Notes: generated from the letters alone by a model not told the origin. 64,000 nt of DNA from Halorarum halobium (GCF_032116555.1 NZ_CP134949.1:2480001-2544000); one strand, 5' to 3'; positions 42,535 to 53,281 are shown, counted from the first letter of the stretch. Numbers and translations are program-made.

Positions 42535-43022
42535 CCGTCCCGCTTGGGGATCGATTCGGATAACGGTGTGGTTGCTCATCGCCGTGACCGCTCGATCCAT
42601 CCCGACAAACACGCCCCGAGATCGATACCTACACAAACGTACTTCGGAGCTCTTCCAGTTCCCACGCGTGAACGTTCGTGAGCGGTATGGCGGTTCCCGA
42701 CACGGTTCGAGATAACTACAGAGCGGACGGAAAACAGTAGCTACGGCGTGTACCGGTCCGAAAGAACGACCCCGTTAAAATCCTCGACCAGTGATGGTTC
42801 TCGGCGGTCGCGCTGAATACAGCCCGCGTATCACGCACAGCGAGTCGGGGCTGAATACGCCGTATCCGCACCCGGGGAGGAGTCGTTACCGGGGAGTTGT
42901 CTTTCGACGATCAAAACGGGGTACAATCGCGAAAACGGGCCGTATCCATGCGATACCGGGCTCTTGAGCCGTTTGTCAGCGGTGTAACGCAAGGTATCGG
43001 GTGTCGAGTCGCGTGACGACTC

Positions 43023-43310
43023 CTAGAGACGTGCCGATCGCGTATAGATCCGGACCTCTTCCGCAGTGAGAACGACCTGGTGGTCCCAGATTCGAGTACT
43101 GAGGTAGAGCGGGCCGTCGGAGGACCACTGGAGGTCGTTGAGGACGTCAGTGTTGACCCAATCGGCGAGCCGTGTCGGTTCCTCGAACACGTCGACGTTG
43201 GCGGCGTGGAAGGCGTTCACGATCGCCTCACTCATCTCCTCTCCACCGCTGAGCGAATATGAGACCAAGAGACGTGAGTCCCCCTCGTTCAACGGCGATA
43301 CGTGAGCCAT
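43023..43310 (-). CDS. Stand-alone HalOD1-like output domain protein
   Basis: SEAIVNAF...L.DWVNTDVLNDL...F/W.H.V.L pattern. Confidence 0.6.
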   Translation of the reverse strand: MAHVSPLNEGDSRLLVSYSLSGGEEMSEAIVNAFHAANVDVFEEPTRLADWVNTDVLNDLQWSSDGPLYLSTRIWDHQVVLTAEEVRIYTRSARL

Positions 43311-43486
43311 AACGGTGGTTACGGGCTCCACAGGCTTACATTAATTGCTTTTCATTATTCTCTTCTGTTTTGATCAAGCGAGTGAATGGATCAGTGGGTG
43401 GCTCGCTAATTAGCTGATCCGTCGCGAACGATCCGCTGACCACAGGCTGCCCCTTCAGCCGACCGCCTCGTTCAGAATTACGGACG

Positions 43487-44028
43487 TCAGCCCGTTCCGG
43501 GTGAAACATCGGGACCCGGCTCCCCGCGGTGAACGACGCACTTGACGACGAGTTCGCGGAACTGCTTCCACCAGACACGTGCCCGGACGACCGTTCCGGG
43601 TTTCTGCTTGACCGTTTCGTTCACCGTCTCGTTCACGTTCCGTCCGTCGTAGCGGCCGCTGTCGAGTCGCACATTCCACGCTCTGTGGAGGGGGTGAACT
43701 CGCGATGCGTGCCGAGTGGCCGAACGTCGCGGTCACAGGCGACCCGGCGAGGGGGCTGGTCGTCGGATCCGTCCTCATCGGTCACCACTGCGATGGACTC
43801 CGCGTCGCGTTTCACCGTCTGCGGTACGATCCGTGTCTCGTGTCGAGTTCGGCAACGAGATCACGGCGTGATCGTCATCTTCCCTTCGAGACGGAGCGAG
43901 ACAACGTGCTGACGCAGGGTGTGCCGCTTCTTCGAAACTGTCGAGGGAGAGCGGGTGATCGCTCGACTGGCGAGCGCAACCGCCCGTTCGACGAACCTGA
44001 GCGGATCAGATCTCGGACGGTCGTCCAT
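43487..44028 (-). mobile_element. Degenerate IS5-family (ISH1/ISH9-like) transposase relic with internal deletion and frameshifts
   Basis: Fragments LRFVERAVALA...SKKRHTLRQHVV; TRHETRIVPQTVKRD..IAVV..DDQ..VRPL.THREF; RLDSGRYDGRNVNETVN..K...VRARVWWKQFRELV resemble haloarchaeal IS5 transposases. Confidence 0.8.
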
Positions 44029-44131
44029 CGACCGACGCTTCCCGACCGAACCTGTCACTCTCAGTGGATCTCAACGAGGCCGAAAGAACGAGTCCCCGTC
44101 CGCCGCTTCGAACGACGGGCGGGAGCGGTCG

Positions 44132-44338
44132 TTAGTTGCGGACGAGGTTCGTCGCGCGGGGTCCCTTCGGGGATGATTCGATGTCGAACTCGACTTCCTG
44201 ACCCTCTTCGAGGTCCGGCCCGCCAACGTCCTCCATGTGGAAGAACACGTCCTCGTCGTCGTCAAGGTCGCCGTCGTCAGTCGAAATGAAACCGTAGCCG
44301 CCAGTGTCGTTGAAGAAATCAACCTTACCGTTTGCCAT
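44132..44338 (-). CDS. cspA: Cold-shock protein
   Basis: GKVDFFNDTGGYGFI, DVFFH, KGPRA.N. Confidence 0.93.
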   Translation of the reverse strand: MANGKVDFFNDTGGYGFISTDDGDLDDDEDVFFHMEDVGGPDLEEGQEVEFDIESSPKGPRATNLVRN

Positions 44339-44519
44339 CGTGAACATACGTAGCCCCCGGCGACGGATAACAGTTCCGAGGGTCGCGGTACCACGACCCC
44401 GTGTTGTACTCCACACGTGGAGCGTGCGGCCGCACGGACGGTTATCTCGGAGGTCACCGGTAAGTTCGGTTCGGGGGTAGGTATTTCCGGTGTGGTCACG
44501 AGACGGTCCGTGCATCGCC

Positions 44520-44789
44520 ATGAAACCGTGCCACAACTGCCAGACGGTCATCGACGAGTATCTCCTCGATAAACAGCTCGAGCCCCTGCGCGAGCTCACG
44601 GCCGACGACTTCAACGTCTGTGCGGACTGTGCGACCATCGTCGCGGATGCGTGCGTGAAGTGTGGCGGCGCGGTGTACGTTCCCCGAAACGAACCCGTCA
44701 CCCCTGACTACTGTCCGGCGTGTCGCTCCGACCTCATGGACCGCACCGGCCACGACCCCGGCTGGACGCGTGGCCACGTGTCCACCTGA
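44520..44789 (+). CDS. Small protein with four CxxC pairs (putative double zinc finger)
   Basis: CHNC, CADC, CVKC, CPAC in 89 aa. Confidence 0.8.
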   Translation: MKPCHNCQTVIDEYLLDKQLEPLRELTADDFNVCADCATIVADACVKCGGAVYVPRNEPVTPDYCPACRSDLMDRTGHDPGWTRGHVST

Positions 44790-45010
44790 ACGGCACACGC
44801 TCCCGAACGAGATTTTCCTCGAGCACCTTCACGATCGGCGGGACTCGCCGAACGGCCATCTCCACGTAATCGACCGCGTTGTGGAGTGTCGAGGTGACGT
44901 GATCGAGTACCGAACCGGAGGGGTCGTGACGTCATCCAGCTTCCTCCACGCTACCCGCTCGTCGTGTTTCCCAGCAGGGGGTTCGAACGGCCTCCCGGCG
45001 CATTCATGGC

Positions 45011-46141
45011 TCAGTCCGTCTCGACGTCGATCCGCTCGTGGATCGGCCCCTCGCGCCGGCTGAGGTGCTCGGGCGTCCGGTCGTGGGCGACCGCGAGCAG
45101 CTCCGCGACGATGCTGTGGGCGATCTGGTAGGGCGTGTCGCCGCCGAGGCTCAGCCCGATGGGGGTGTAGACGCGCTCGCGCTCGGCGTCGGTGAGCGTC
45201 CGGCCCGCCTCCGCGAACGCCTCGCGCATCTCCCCGAACCGCTCGCCCGGGCCCATCAGCCCGACGTAGGGAACCGGCGTGTCGAGCAGTTCCGCCACCG
45301 TGAACCGGTCGTCGACGAAGTTGTGGGTCATCACGACGGCGTACGTGTCCGCGTCCCACCCGCGGAGGTCGCCGACGTCCCGGGGCGAGGCCGACACCAC
45401 GTCGTCGGCCCTGTCGAACCGCCCGTCGGCCGCGGCCGCGCCGCGGAACGAGACCACCGTCACCCGGAAGTCGACGAGCTTCGCCAGTTCGACGACCGGC
45501 GCGACGTCGTGGCCCGAGCCGAAGACGACCAGTTCCGGCGGCGCGCGGACGCCGTCGACGAACGCCTCGGCCGTGCCGTCGTCGGCGTCGACGGTCACCG
45601 CGTCGCTCGAACCGTCCGCGAGGAGTCGCTCGACCGCGTCTGCGACGTCGTCGGTCAGCCAGTCGGGAAGGTCGCCGTCCGCGAACCCCGAATCGGGCCG
45701 GTAGACGCCCCGCGTGCCGAGCGGCGGGTCGCCCCCGACGACCGTGACGACGCCGACGTCCTCGCCGCTCGCTCGCGCCTCGGCGACGGGCAGGAACGAG
45801 TCGTCGAGCGGTTCGAGCAGCACCGTGATGGCGCCGTTGCAGCCGACGCCCATCCCCCAGACGTCGTCCTCGCCGGTGAGATCCCACGTCTCGACGCGCG
45901 GCTCGCCGGCCGCGAGGACGTCCTCCGTGAGCGCGCGGACCTCGTCCTCGAGACAGCCGGCGGTGATGCTGCCCGCGCCGCCGCCGCCCGGTTCGAGCAG
46001 CATCTTCGCGCCGGGCCGGCGGTAGGCGCTCCCCTCGACGTCGACGACGGTCGCGAGCATCGCGTCCGCGTCCGTCTCCAGGGCCGTGCGAATCCGGTCG
46101 AACACGTCCGTCTCCGGGACGCTCCAGTCGTTCGTGCTCAT
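45011..46141 (-). CDS. xdhC: XdhC/CoxI molybdenum cofactor insertion chaperone
   Basis: GSAYRRPGAKM, GCLE, GVGCNG, VMTHNF, YVGLMG, PIGL.LGG.TP. Confidence 0.9.
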   Translation of the reverse strand: MSTNDWSVPETDVFDRIRTALETDADAMLATVVDVEGSAYRRPGAKMLLEPGGGGAGSITAGCLEDEVRALTEDVLAAGEPRVETWDLTGEDDVWGMGVGCNGAITVLLEPLDDSFLPVAEARASGEDVGVVTVVGGDPPLGTRGVYRPDSGFADGDLPDWLTDDVADAVERLLADGSSDAVTVDADDGTAEAFVDGVRAPPELVVFGSGHDVAPVVELAKLVDFRVTVVSFRGAAAADGRFDRADDVVSASPRDVGDLRGWDADTYAVVMTHNFVDDRFTVAELLDTPVPYVGLMGPGERFGEMREAFAEAGRTLTDAERERVYTPIGLSLGGDTPYQIAHSIVAELLAVAHDRTPEHLSRREGPIHERIDVETD

Positions 46142-47565
46142 GTCTGTCGTGGTGCCGGCGGGTCGACGCTGGACCCCCGCCGCGGGTCGTACTCGTAGCC
46201 GATGCGTCCGCCGGTGCCGTGCCGGCGCACCTGCCGGCCGACCTCCGCGAGGTCGTCCGGGCCGCCGAACGCGAACAGGCCGTCCACGAACGGCAGCGCG
46301 GCCGCCATCCCGCGCGCCGTCGGCTCGTAGGCCGGCGAGGCCGCCAGCGGGTTGAGCCAGAGCACGCTCGCCGCGCGCCCCGCGAGCCGGGCCAGTTCGC
46401 GTTCGAGTTCGTCCACGTCGCCCATCTCTAGGCCGTCGCTGATGATGAACACGTTGGTGCGGTGGTCGACCGCGTCGGGCATCCCCTCGTGGAGGCTCGC
46501 GATGGAGCCGCCGATGCGGGTGCCGCCGCCCCACTCCGCGTCCGCCCGTTCGAGCGCGGCGAGCGCGTCCGCGGACGTGGGCTCCTCGAACGCCGCCGTC
46601 ACCTCGCGGCAGTCCTCGTCGAAGAGGAACACGCGGGTGTTCCGCCACTCGGCGCTCGCGCGCCGCAGCGTGGCGAGCAGGAACGAGCGGTCGAGCGTGT
46701 CGAGCACCGAGCGGCTCACGTCGACCAGCCACAGCGTCCGGACGCCGCTGAGGGTCCGCTCCCGGCCGGGGACGGAGACGACGGTGCCGCCGGTGGAGAA
46801 GCTCTCCCGGAGCGCGCGCCGGGCGTCGGCTCGCGGCCCGCCGCCCCCGCGCCAGCGCCGGCCGCGGAGCGTGGCCAGGCCCGCCGCCAGCTCATCGAAC
46901 GCGTCCCCGAACGCGACGTCGCCGCCGCGGGGTCGGTCCTCGGCGACGGGCGTCGGGTTGCCGGTCCGGCTGTACCACGCGGCCTCGATCTCGGCCGCGT
47001 CGTCGGCGTCGTCCCCCGCGATTTCGCCGAACGAGACGCTCGTCTCCCAGCCCGCGCCGTCGGGCTCCTCGGCGTTCGTCCCCGCGGTCGCGTCCGACTC
47101 CGCCTCGGAGTCGGCGGGCTCCCCGCCCATCGGGGCGAGCGCCCCCTCGGGACCGTCCTCCCGGCGCGGCGCGGGACCCTCCGGCGAGAGTCCGGCGTCG
47201 AGCCGTCGCCAGAACTCCCCGAACAGCCGGTCGAACGTGGCGACGTCGTCGGGGTCGGTGACGAGACAGGCCCGGAGCGCGGCCCGTGCGGTCGCCTCCT
47301 CGTCGAAGCCGACCTCGACGAGCGCGCGGGCGGCGGTCGTGCCGGCGTTGGCGGGGGCCGGGACGCCCGCCCGGCGGAGCGCGCGGACGAACCGGACCAG
47401 TTCCTCGCGGACGTGGTCGCGGGCGGCGACGAAGTCCGGGACGTCGCCCCCGGCGCCGTCCCACCAGCGACCGTCGACGTCGCCGGGGTCGCCGGGTCCG
47501 ACGTCGCCGGGGTCGCTGCCCGACCCGTTCCCCGCGCGTCCGTCGCCGTCGGGGAACTCGCTCAT
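46138..47565 (-). CDS. coxE: CoxE-like VWA-domain protein
   Basis: DVSRS MIDAS-like, WGGGTRIG, ISDGLE, WLNPL, PTARGM. Confidence 0.88.
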   Translation of the reverse strand: MSEFPDGDGRAGNGSGSDPGDVGPGDPGDVDGRWWDGAGGDVPDFVAARDHVREELVRFVRALRRAGVPAPANAGTTAARALVEVGFDEEATARAALRACLVTDPDDVATFDRLFGEFWRRLDAGLSPEGPAPRREDGPEGALAPMGGEPADSEAESDATAGTNAEEPDGAGWETSVSFGEIAGDDADDAAEIEAAWYSRTGNPTPVAEDRPRGGDVAFGDAFDELAAGLATLRGRRWRGGGGPRADARRALRESFSTGGTVVSVPGRERTLSGVRTLWLVDVSRSVLDTLDRSFLLATLRRASAEWRNTRVFLFDEDCREVTAAFEEPTSADALAALERADAEWGGGTRIGGSIASLHEGMPDAVDHRTNVFIISDGLEMGDVDELERELARLAGRAASVLWLNPLAASPAYEPTARGMAAALPFVDGLFAFGGPDDLAEVGRQVRRHGTGGRIGYEYDPRRGSSVDPPAPRQT

Positions 47566-48476
47566 TCGGCCTCCACCCGCGCCGCCTCGGCGGCCTCGGC
47601 GAGCTCCGCGAGCAGGTCGTCGTCCACGCGGTCGATGTCCTCGACCTCCTTCAGGAGACAGCCGAGCGTGTTCCGGACCTCGGCGGCGGTCACGGGCGCG
47701 TCGCCGTCGTCGGCCCGCAGTTCCGCGACGGCGCGCGCCCAGTCGATGGTCTCTGCCGCGCCGGGCGGGTTTCGGAGCGGTTCCTCGCGGAGGCGGCCCG
47801 CCATCCCGCACAGTTCGGCGGCGACGGCGCCGTCGAGTTCGGGCACCTTCCGCGCGAGGATCTCGCGCTCCTTCTCGACCGACGGCGGCGAGAGGTGGAG
47901 GTAGAGACAGCGGCGCTTCAGCGCGTCGCTCAGCGCGCGCGTCCGGTTCGAGGTGATGACGACGACCGGCGGCGTCTCCGCGCGGACGGTCCCGAGTTCC
48001 GGCACCGTCACCTGGAAGTCGCTCAGTACCTCCAGCAGCAGCGCCTCGAACTCCTCGTCCGCGCGGTCGACCTCGTCGATGAGCAGCACGCGGGGGCCGT
48101 CGTCGTCCCGGAGCGCCCGCAACAGCGGTCGCTCCAGCAGGTACTCCTCGCCGAAGACGGAGCCGTCGTCCTCGCCCGACTGCACCGCCAGCAGCTGTTT
48201 CGTGTAGTTCCACTCGTACAGGGCGTTCTCGGCGGTCAGCCCCTCGTAACACTGGAGGCGGACGAGGTCGGCGTCGAACCCCCCCGCGATCACCTTCGCC
48301 AGTTCGGTCTTGCCCGCGCCCGGTTCGCCCTCGATCAGCAGCGGCTTGCCGAGCCGGAGCGCGAGGTGGACCGTCGTCACGAGGTCGTCCTCGGTCACGT
48401 AGTCCTGCCCGTCGAACGTCGCCCGCAGGTCCGCGGCCGTCAGGTCGTCGAACGCCGATGCCCGTCCGTTGCTCAT
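47562..48476 (-). CDS. coxD: CoxD-like MoxR AAA+ ATPase
   Basis: GEPGAGKT, RLQCYEG, ALYEWNY, IDEVDR, TSNRTR, ALKRRC. Confidence 0.92.
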   Translation of the reverse strand: MSNGRASAFDDLTAADLRATFDGQDYVTEDDLVTTVHLALRLGKPLLIEGEPGAGKTELAKVIAGGFDADLVRLQCYEGLTAENALYEWNYTKQLLAVQSGEDDGSVFGEEYLLERPLLRALRDDDGPRVLLIDEVDRADEEFEALLLEVLSDFQVTVPELGTVRAETPPVVVITSNRTRALSDALKRRCLYLHLSPPSVEKEREILARKVPELDGAVAAELCGMAGRLREEPLRNPPGAAETIDWARAVAELRADDGDAPVTAAEVRNTLGCLLKEVEDIDRVDDDLLAELAEAAEAARVEAE

Positions 48477-48582
48477 TCGTGCATCATCTCTCAGGGGTCG
48501 CGGCGGGATAATCTGTCGCCCGGACCGGTCGACTCTCGCACCAAAACGGGGTGGCCCCGCGCCGCGGCGTCAGTCCGCGACG

Positions 48583-49473
48583 TCAGTCGGCGGCCGCGGG
48601 TGTCGCGGCGACGTCGGCCGCGTCGGTCAGCGCCCGCCGCGTGTACACCTCCAGGAGCTGTGCCCGGAAGTCGGCCGACGCCTGCAGGTCCGACAGCATC
48701 ATCGACGTGTCGAGGCCGTCGGTCGCGTGCTCGGCGGCGGCCGCGGCGGCGTCCTCGTCGAGCGACGTCCCGGCGAGCGCGTCCTCGACGCCCTCGAGCC
48801 GGACGCCGTGGTCCATCGCGCCGTTCGCGCCGACGCGGGCCGACTCGACCGTCCCGCCGTCCGTCTCCAGCAGCGCCGCGACGCCGACCATCGCGTAGCC
48901 CGAGGACGGCGAGGGCTTCTTCGCGTACGCGCCGACCGCGTCGGTCGCGGACGGGATCTCGACCCGGGTCAGCAGTTCGTCGTGGCCCAGGTCGGTGGCG
49001 TACATGCCGAAGAAGTAGTCGTCGACCGGGATCTCGCGCTCGCCGTCGGGCCCCTCCGCGACGATGGTCGCGTCGGAGGCCAGCGCTGCGCCCGGCAGGT
49101 CCGAGGCGGGGTCGGCGTGCGCGAGGTTGCCGCCCACGGTGCCGCGGTTGCGCACCTGCCGGTCGCCGATCTGCCGGACTGCGGCCATGAAGGCCGGCGC
49201 GTGCTCGTGGGCCGCATCGACGTCGAGCAGGTCGCTGTAGCGCGTCATCGCGCCGACCGAGAGCGTATCGCCCTCGACCGACACGCCGTGCATCGCGTCG
49301 ATGCCCCCGATGTCGATGAGCACGTCCGGGCTGGAGAGCCCACTCTTCATCGTCGGGAGCAGGCTGTGGCCCCCGGCGAGCAGTTCGGTCTCCCGCCCGG
49401 AGTGCTCGTCGAGCAGGTCCAGTGCCTCGGAGACGCTCGTCGCCTCGTAGTAGTCGAACTCGTCGGGGAACAT
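48583..49473 (-). CDS. coxM: CoxM-like FAD subunit of a molybdo-flavoenzyme
   Basis: LAGGHSL.P.MK, QVRNRGTVGG, ADPASD. Confidence 0.92.
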   Translation of the reverse strand: MFPDEFDYYEATSVSEALDLLDEHSGRETELLAGGHSLLPTMKSGLSSPDVLIDIGGIDAMHGVSVEGDTLSVGAMTRYSDLLDVDAAHEHAPAFMAAVRQIGDRQVRNRGTVGGNLAHADPASDLPGAALASDATIVAEGPDGEREIPVDDYFFGMYATDLGHDELLTRVEIPSATDAVGAYAKKPSPSSGYAMVGVAALLETDGGTVESARVGANGAMDHGVRLEGVEDALAGTSLDEDAAAAAAEHATDGLDTSMMLSDLQASADFRAQLLEVYTRRALTDAADVAATPAAAD

Positions 49474-51902
49474 CAGCGCTCACCCCCGTCCTCGCCGCCG
49501 CCGTCCGCGGCCGCGTTGTCCTCCACGGCGTTCCAGACGCGCTCGGGCGTCATCGGCATCGGGACGCCGTCGACGCCGAACGGCTCCAGCGCGTCCGAGA
49601 CGGCGTTGACGACGGCCTGGGGCGCGGCGATGGTGCCGGCCTCGCCGACGCCCTTCACCCCGAGCGGGTTGTGCGGGCTCGGCGTCACCGTCGAGTCGGT
49701 GTCCATCTCCGGGATGTGTTCTGCCTTCGGGACGGTGTAGTCCTGCATCGACCCCGTGAGCAGCGTGCCGTTCTCGTCGTACTCCGCGCCCTCGTACAGC
49801 GCCTGGCCGACGCCCTGGGCGACCCCGCCGTGGACCTGTCCCTCGACGATCTTGGGGTTGATCTGGTTGCCAACGTCGTCGACGGCGACGTACTGTTCGA
49901 ACTCGATCTCGCCCGACTCGGGGTCGACCTCCACGACCGCCACGTGGGTCCCGAACGGGAACACGAAGTTGTCCGGGTCGTAGAACGACGTCGCCTCCAG
50001 CCCGGGCTCCATCCCCTCGGGCATGTCGTGGGCGAGGTAGGCCGCCTGTGCGACGTTGGCGATGTCGAGCGACTGGTCGGGCGCGCCCGCCACCCGAAAC
50101 TCGCCGTCCTCGAACTCGACGTCCTCCGGGTCGGCTTCCAGCTGATGGGCCGCGATCTCGGCGGCCTTGTCGACGACCTTCTGTGCGCTCTTGACGAGCG
50201 AACTCCCGCCGACGGCGGCCGACCGGGAGCCGTAGGTGCCCATCCCCTGGGGGATCTCGTCGGTGTCGCCCTCGACGATCTCGACGTCGTCGTACGGGAT
50301 GCCGAGCTCGTTGGCGACGATCTGGGCGTACGTCGTCGCGTGGCCCTGGCCGTGCCCGGACGTCCCGCAGTAGGCGGTGACGGTGCCGGACGGCTGGAAC
50401 CGGACGAGACTCGACTCCCAGAGCCCGGCCTGTGCGCCGAGCTGTCCGGCGAGTTCGGAGGGCGCGAGCCCGCATGCCTCGATGTAACAGGAGAAGCCGA
50501 TGCCGAGGTAGCGCCCCTCGTCGCGGGCCGCCTCCTGACGCTCGCGGAACCCCTCGTAGTCGACCATCTCCAGGGCCCTGTCGAACGGCTTCTCGTACTC
50601 GCCGCTGTCGTAGACGACCGCGACCTGCGTCTCGTACGGGAACGCGTCGTCCGGGACGAAGTTGTGCCGCCGGAACTCGGCGGGGTCCATGCCCATCTCC
50701 TTGGCGCCGAGGTGGACGAGCCGTTCGACGAGGAACGACGCCTCGGGGCGACCGGCGCCGCGGTAGGCGTCGACCGGCGGGACGTTCGTGTACGCGCCGG
50801 TGACGTGGCCGTAGATCGCCGGGATGTCGTACTGGCCCGACAGCAGCGTCCCGTACAGGTACGTCGGCACCGCGGGCGCGAACGTCGAGAGGTACGCGCC
50901 GAGGTTCGCCTTCGTGTCCACGCGCAGGCCGACGATGGAGCCGTCCTCGTCCATCGCCAGTTCGGCCTCCGTCTCGTGGCCCCGTCCCGGCGCGTCGGTG
51001 AGGTACGTCTCCGAGCGCGTTGCGACCCACTTCACGGGGCGTTCGAGGAGCTTGGAACACCAGGCGACGAGCGCCTCGTCGCCGTAGTGGTGGATCTTGC
51101 TCCCGAACCCGCCGCCCACGTCGGGCGCGGTGATGGAGAGCTTGTGTTCGGGATGGCCGATGACCCCCGACATCAGTAGGCGGTGCAGGTGGGGGTTCTG
51201 GGTCGTCATGGAGACGTCGAGCTCGTCGGTGCCGGCGTTGTACGTGGCGACGGCGGCCCGCGGCTCCATCGCGTTCGGGGTGAGCAGCTGGTTGTCGATG
51301 TCGACGCTCGCGGTGTGGGCCGCCGACGCGAACGCCTCCTCCGTCTTGTCCTCGTCGCCGATCTCCCAGTCGAACGCGACGTTGCCGTCCGCGTCCGAGT
51401 GGAGCTGTGGCGCGTCGCCCGAGAGCGCCTCGCCCGGGCCGGTGACGGCGTCCAGCCGGTCGTACTCCACCTCGACCGCGCTCGCGGCGTCCCGGGCGAC
51501 GTAGCGCTCCTCGGCGACGACGACCGCGATGGCGTCGCCCTGGTAGCGAACGCGGCCGTCCGCGAGGATCGGGTGGTCGACGTCGTTCAGGCTCGGCAGG
51601 AGCCAGCCGACCGGCAGGAGGAACGGGAGTTCGCCCGGCGTGTCCTCGCGGGCGAGATCGTCGTGCGTGTACGCGCCGATCACGCCGTCCATCGCCTCGG
51701 CGGCGCTCGTGTCCACGTCCTCGATCCTCGCGTGCCCGTACTGGCTCCGCACGACGGCCATGTGGGCCATCTCCGGGAGCTGGATGTCGTCGGTGTACTC
51801 CGCGTTGCCGGTGATGAGCGCGGGGTCCTCCCGGCGCTCGATGGCCGACCCGAGGATGTCGGCCGCGCTCACGTCGTCCGGGTCGAGCGACTCGATGCTC
51901 AT
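49473..51902 (-). CDS. coxL: CoxL-like molybdopterin large subunit, form II
   Basis: RREDP, DVGGGFGSK, AYRGAGRPE, GHGQG, GTYGSRS, KGVGEAG. Confidence 0.93.
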   Translation of the reverse strand: MSIESLDPDDVSAADILGSAIERREDPALITGNAEYTDDIQLPEMAHMAVVRSQYGHARIEDVDTSAAEAMDGVIGAYTHDDLAREDTPGELPFLLPVGWLLPSLNDVDHPILADGRVRYQGDAIAVVVAEERYVARDAASAVEVEYDRLDAVTGPGEALSGDAPQLHSDADGNVAFDWEIGDEDKTEEAFASAAHTASVDIDNQLLTPNAMEPRAAVATYNAGTDELDVSMTTQNPHLHRLLMSGVIGHPEHKLSITAPDVGGGFGSKIHHYGDEALVAWCSKLLERPVKWVATRSETYLTDAPGRGHETEAELAMDEDGSIVGLRVDTKANLGAYLSTFAPAVPTYLYGTLLSGQYDIPAIYGHVTGAYTNVPPVDAYRGAGRPEASFLVERLVHLGAKEMGMDPAEFRRHNFVPDDAFPYETQVAVVYDSGEYEKPFDRALEMVDYEGFRERQEAARDEGRYLGIGFSCYIEACGLAPSELAGQLGAQAGLWESSLVRFQPSGTVTAYCGTSGHGQGHATTYAQIVANELGIPYDDVEIVEGDTDEIPQGMGTYGSRSAAVGGSSLVKSAQKVVDKAAEIAAHQLEADPEDVEFEDGEFRVAGAPDQSLDIANVAQAAYLAHDMPEGMEPGLEATSFYDPDNFVFPFGTHVAVVEVDPESGEIEFEQYVAVDDVGNQINPKIVEGQVHGGVAQGVGQALYEGAEYDENGTLLTGSMQDYTVPKAEHIPEMDTDSTVTPSPHNPLGVKGVGEAGTIAAPQAVVNAVSDALEPFGVDGVPMPMTPERVWNAVEDNAAADGGGEDGGER

Positions 51903-52492
51903 TCCGGCTCACCCCCGCCGGACGCCGTCCCGTCGTCGGGTACCTCGCCGCAGTCGGCTGTCTCGCCGCCGTCGGTCACCGGCCGGTCGTCCGGCCGCTC
52001 GCCGCCGTCCGCGACCGCGCCGCTCCCCATCGAGTCGGCGGCGTTCTCGACCGCGTTGACGATGTTCTGATAGCCGGTACAGCGACAGAGGTTCCCCTCC
52101 AGCCCCTCGCGGATCTCCTCGCGGGACGGGTCGGGGTTCTCCTCCAGCAGGTCCACGGCGGTCAGCATCATGCCGGGCGTGCAGTAGCCGCACTGCAGCC
52201 CGTGCTCCTCCTGGAACCCCTCCTGGATCGGGTGGAACTCGCCGCCCTCGGCGAGCCCCTCGACCGTCTCGATCTCCGCGCCGTCGGCCTGCACAGCGAG
52301 GGCGGTACAGGACTTCATCGCGTCGCCGTCCATGCGGACGGTACAGGCGCCACACAGGCTGCTCTCACAGCCCACGTTCGCGCCCGTATAGCCGAGTTCG
52401 TCCCGGATGGCGTGGACGAGCAGGGTCCGCGCGTCCACCGTCAGCTCGCGCTCCGTTCCGTTCACCGTCAGTGTGATGTCGTGTTCTGTCAT
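51899..52492 (-). CDS. coxS: CoxS-like 2x[2Fe-2S] subunit
   Basis: GC...[23 protein letters not shown]. Confidence 0.93.
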   Translation of the reverse strand: MTEHDITLTVNGTERELTVDARTLLVHAIRDELGYTGANVGCESSLCGACTVRMDGDAMKSCTALAVQADGAEIETVEGLAEGGEFHPIQEGFQEEHGLQCGYCTPGMMLTAVDLLEENPDPSREEIREGLEGNLCRCTGYQNIVNAVENAADSMGSGAVADGGERPDDRPVTDGGETADCGEVPDDGTASGGGEPE

Positions 52493-52501
52493 TGGATCCG
52501 T

Positions 52502-53281
52502 TCACTTGGACCGGCCGAGCAGCCGGCTGATCAGGCCACGCTTCTCCGAGTCGTCGTCCGATTCGTCCGCCGTGTCGCCGCCGGCACCGTCCGTCCCGTC
52601 GGGCGGCACCGCGTCGTCCGTCGCGTCCGTGTCGCCCCCCGCGCCCTCGGTAGCCGCCGCGTCGTCCTGCTCGTCGTCGGCGACCGCCGTGTCCGCGTCG
52701 TCCCCGCCCGCTGCCTCCGCCGCGTCCGCCTCCTCGAGCTGGAGCTCCTCCAGCCGCGACTGGATCGAGGAGAAGAACTGCTTCACGAGCCGGTTCGCCA
52801 CCGGGTTGATGACGCGCTGTCCCATCCCGGCGACCTTGCCGAACACGTCGGCCTGCGTCTCCCAGTCGACCTCCACGCCGTCGTCGGTTTCGGCGAGCTC
52901 CATGCCGGAGGACATCTCGAAGGAACTGTCGCCGGAACTCCCCTCGCCGGAGGCGCGCATCCGCGGCCGCTCGCGCTCGTCGATCGTCACGACCGTCTCG
53001 AACGTCGGGTTCACCGGGCCGACGCTGATCTGGACCAGCGCGGCGTACCGCTCGCCCTCGCGGAACGCCCGTTCCTCGATCACCGCCGGGTCGCCGGTCG
53101 GCTCCCGGTCCTCGCCCTCGGCACGATCGGCGAGCGAGTCGAAGTCCACGTCCTCGCTCTCGACGTGGAGCAGGAACTCACAGCCGGGCAGCGAGTCCGC
53201 GATCAACACCGGGTCCGAGAGCGCGAGCCATACCTCCTCGACCGTCGCTTCCTCGAGTTCGAAAGTTCCGTTGAATTCCAT
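52502..53281 (-). CDS. coxG: CoxG/SRPBCC protein with acidic tail
   Basis: VW..LSDP..IA..LPGCE, GKVAGMGQRVI. Confidence 0.85.
   Translation of the reverse strand: MEFNGTFELEEATVEEVWLALSDPVLIADSLPGCEFLLHVESEDVDFDSLADRAEGEDREPTGDPAVIEERAFREGERYAALVQISVGPVNPTFETVVTIDERERPRMRASGEGSSGDSSFEMSSGMELAETDDGVEVDWETQADVFGKVAGMGQRVINPVANRLVKQFFSSIQSRLEELQLEEADAAEAAGGDDADTAVADDEQDDAAATEGAGGDTDATDDAVPPDGTDGAGGDTADESDDDSEKRGLISRLLGRSK

Noticed and set aside
44790..44960. Protein-like minus-strand stretch (SVLDHVTSTLHNAVDYVEMAVRRVPPIVKVLEENL)
   Set aside because: No start codon, in-frame stop upstream, no recognisable family
49473..51902. Bona fide CO dehydrogenase (form I)
   Set aside because: Motif is AYRGAGR, not AYxCSFR, and gene order is S-L-M
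51899..52030. Repeated DGGE motifs in the CoxS/CoxL tails as a functional domain
   Set aside because: Common low-complexity haloarchaeal C-termini that coincide with SD-like sequences for the next gene
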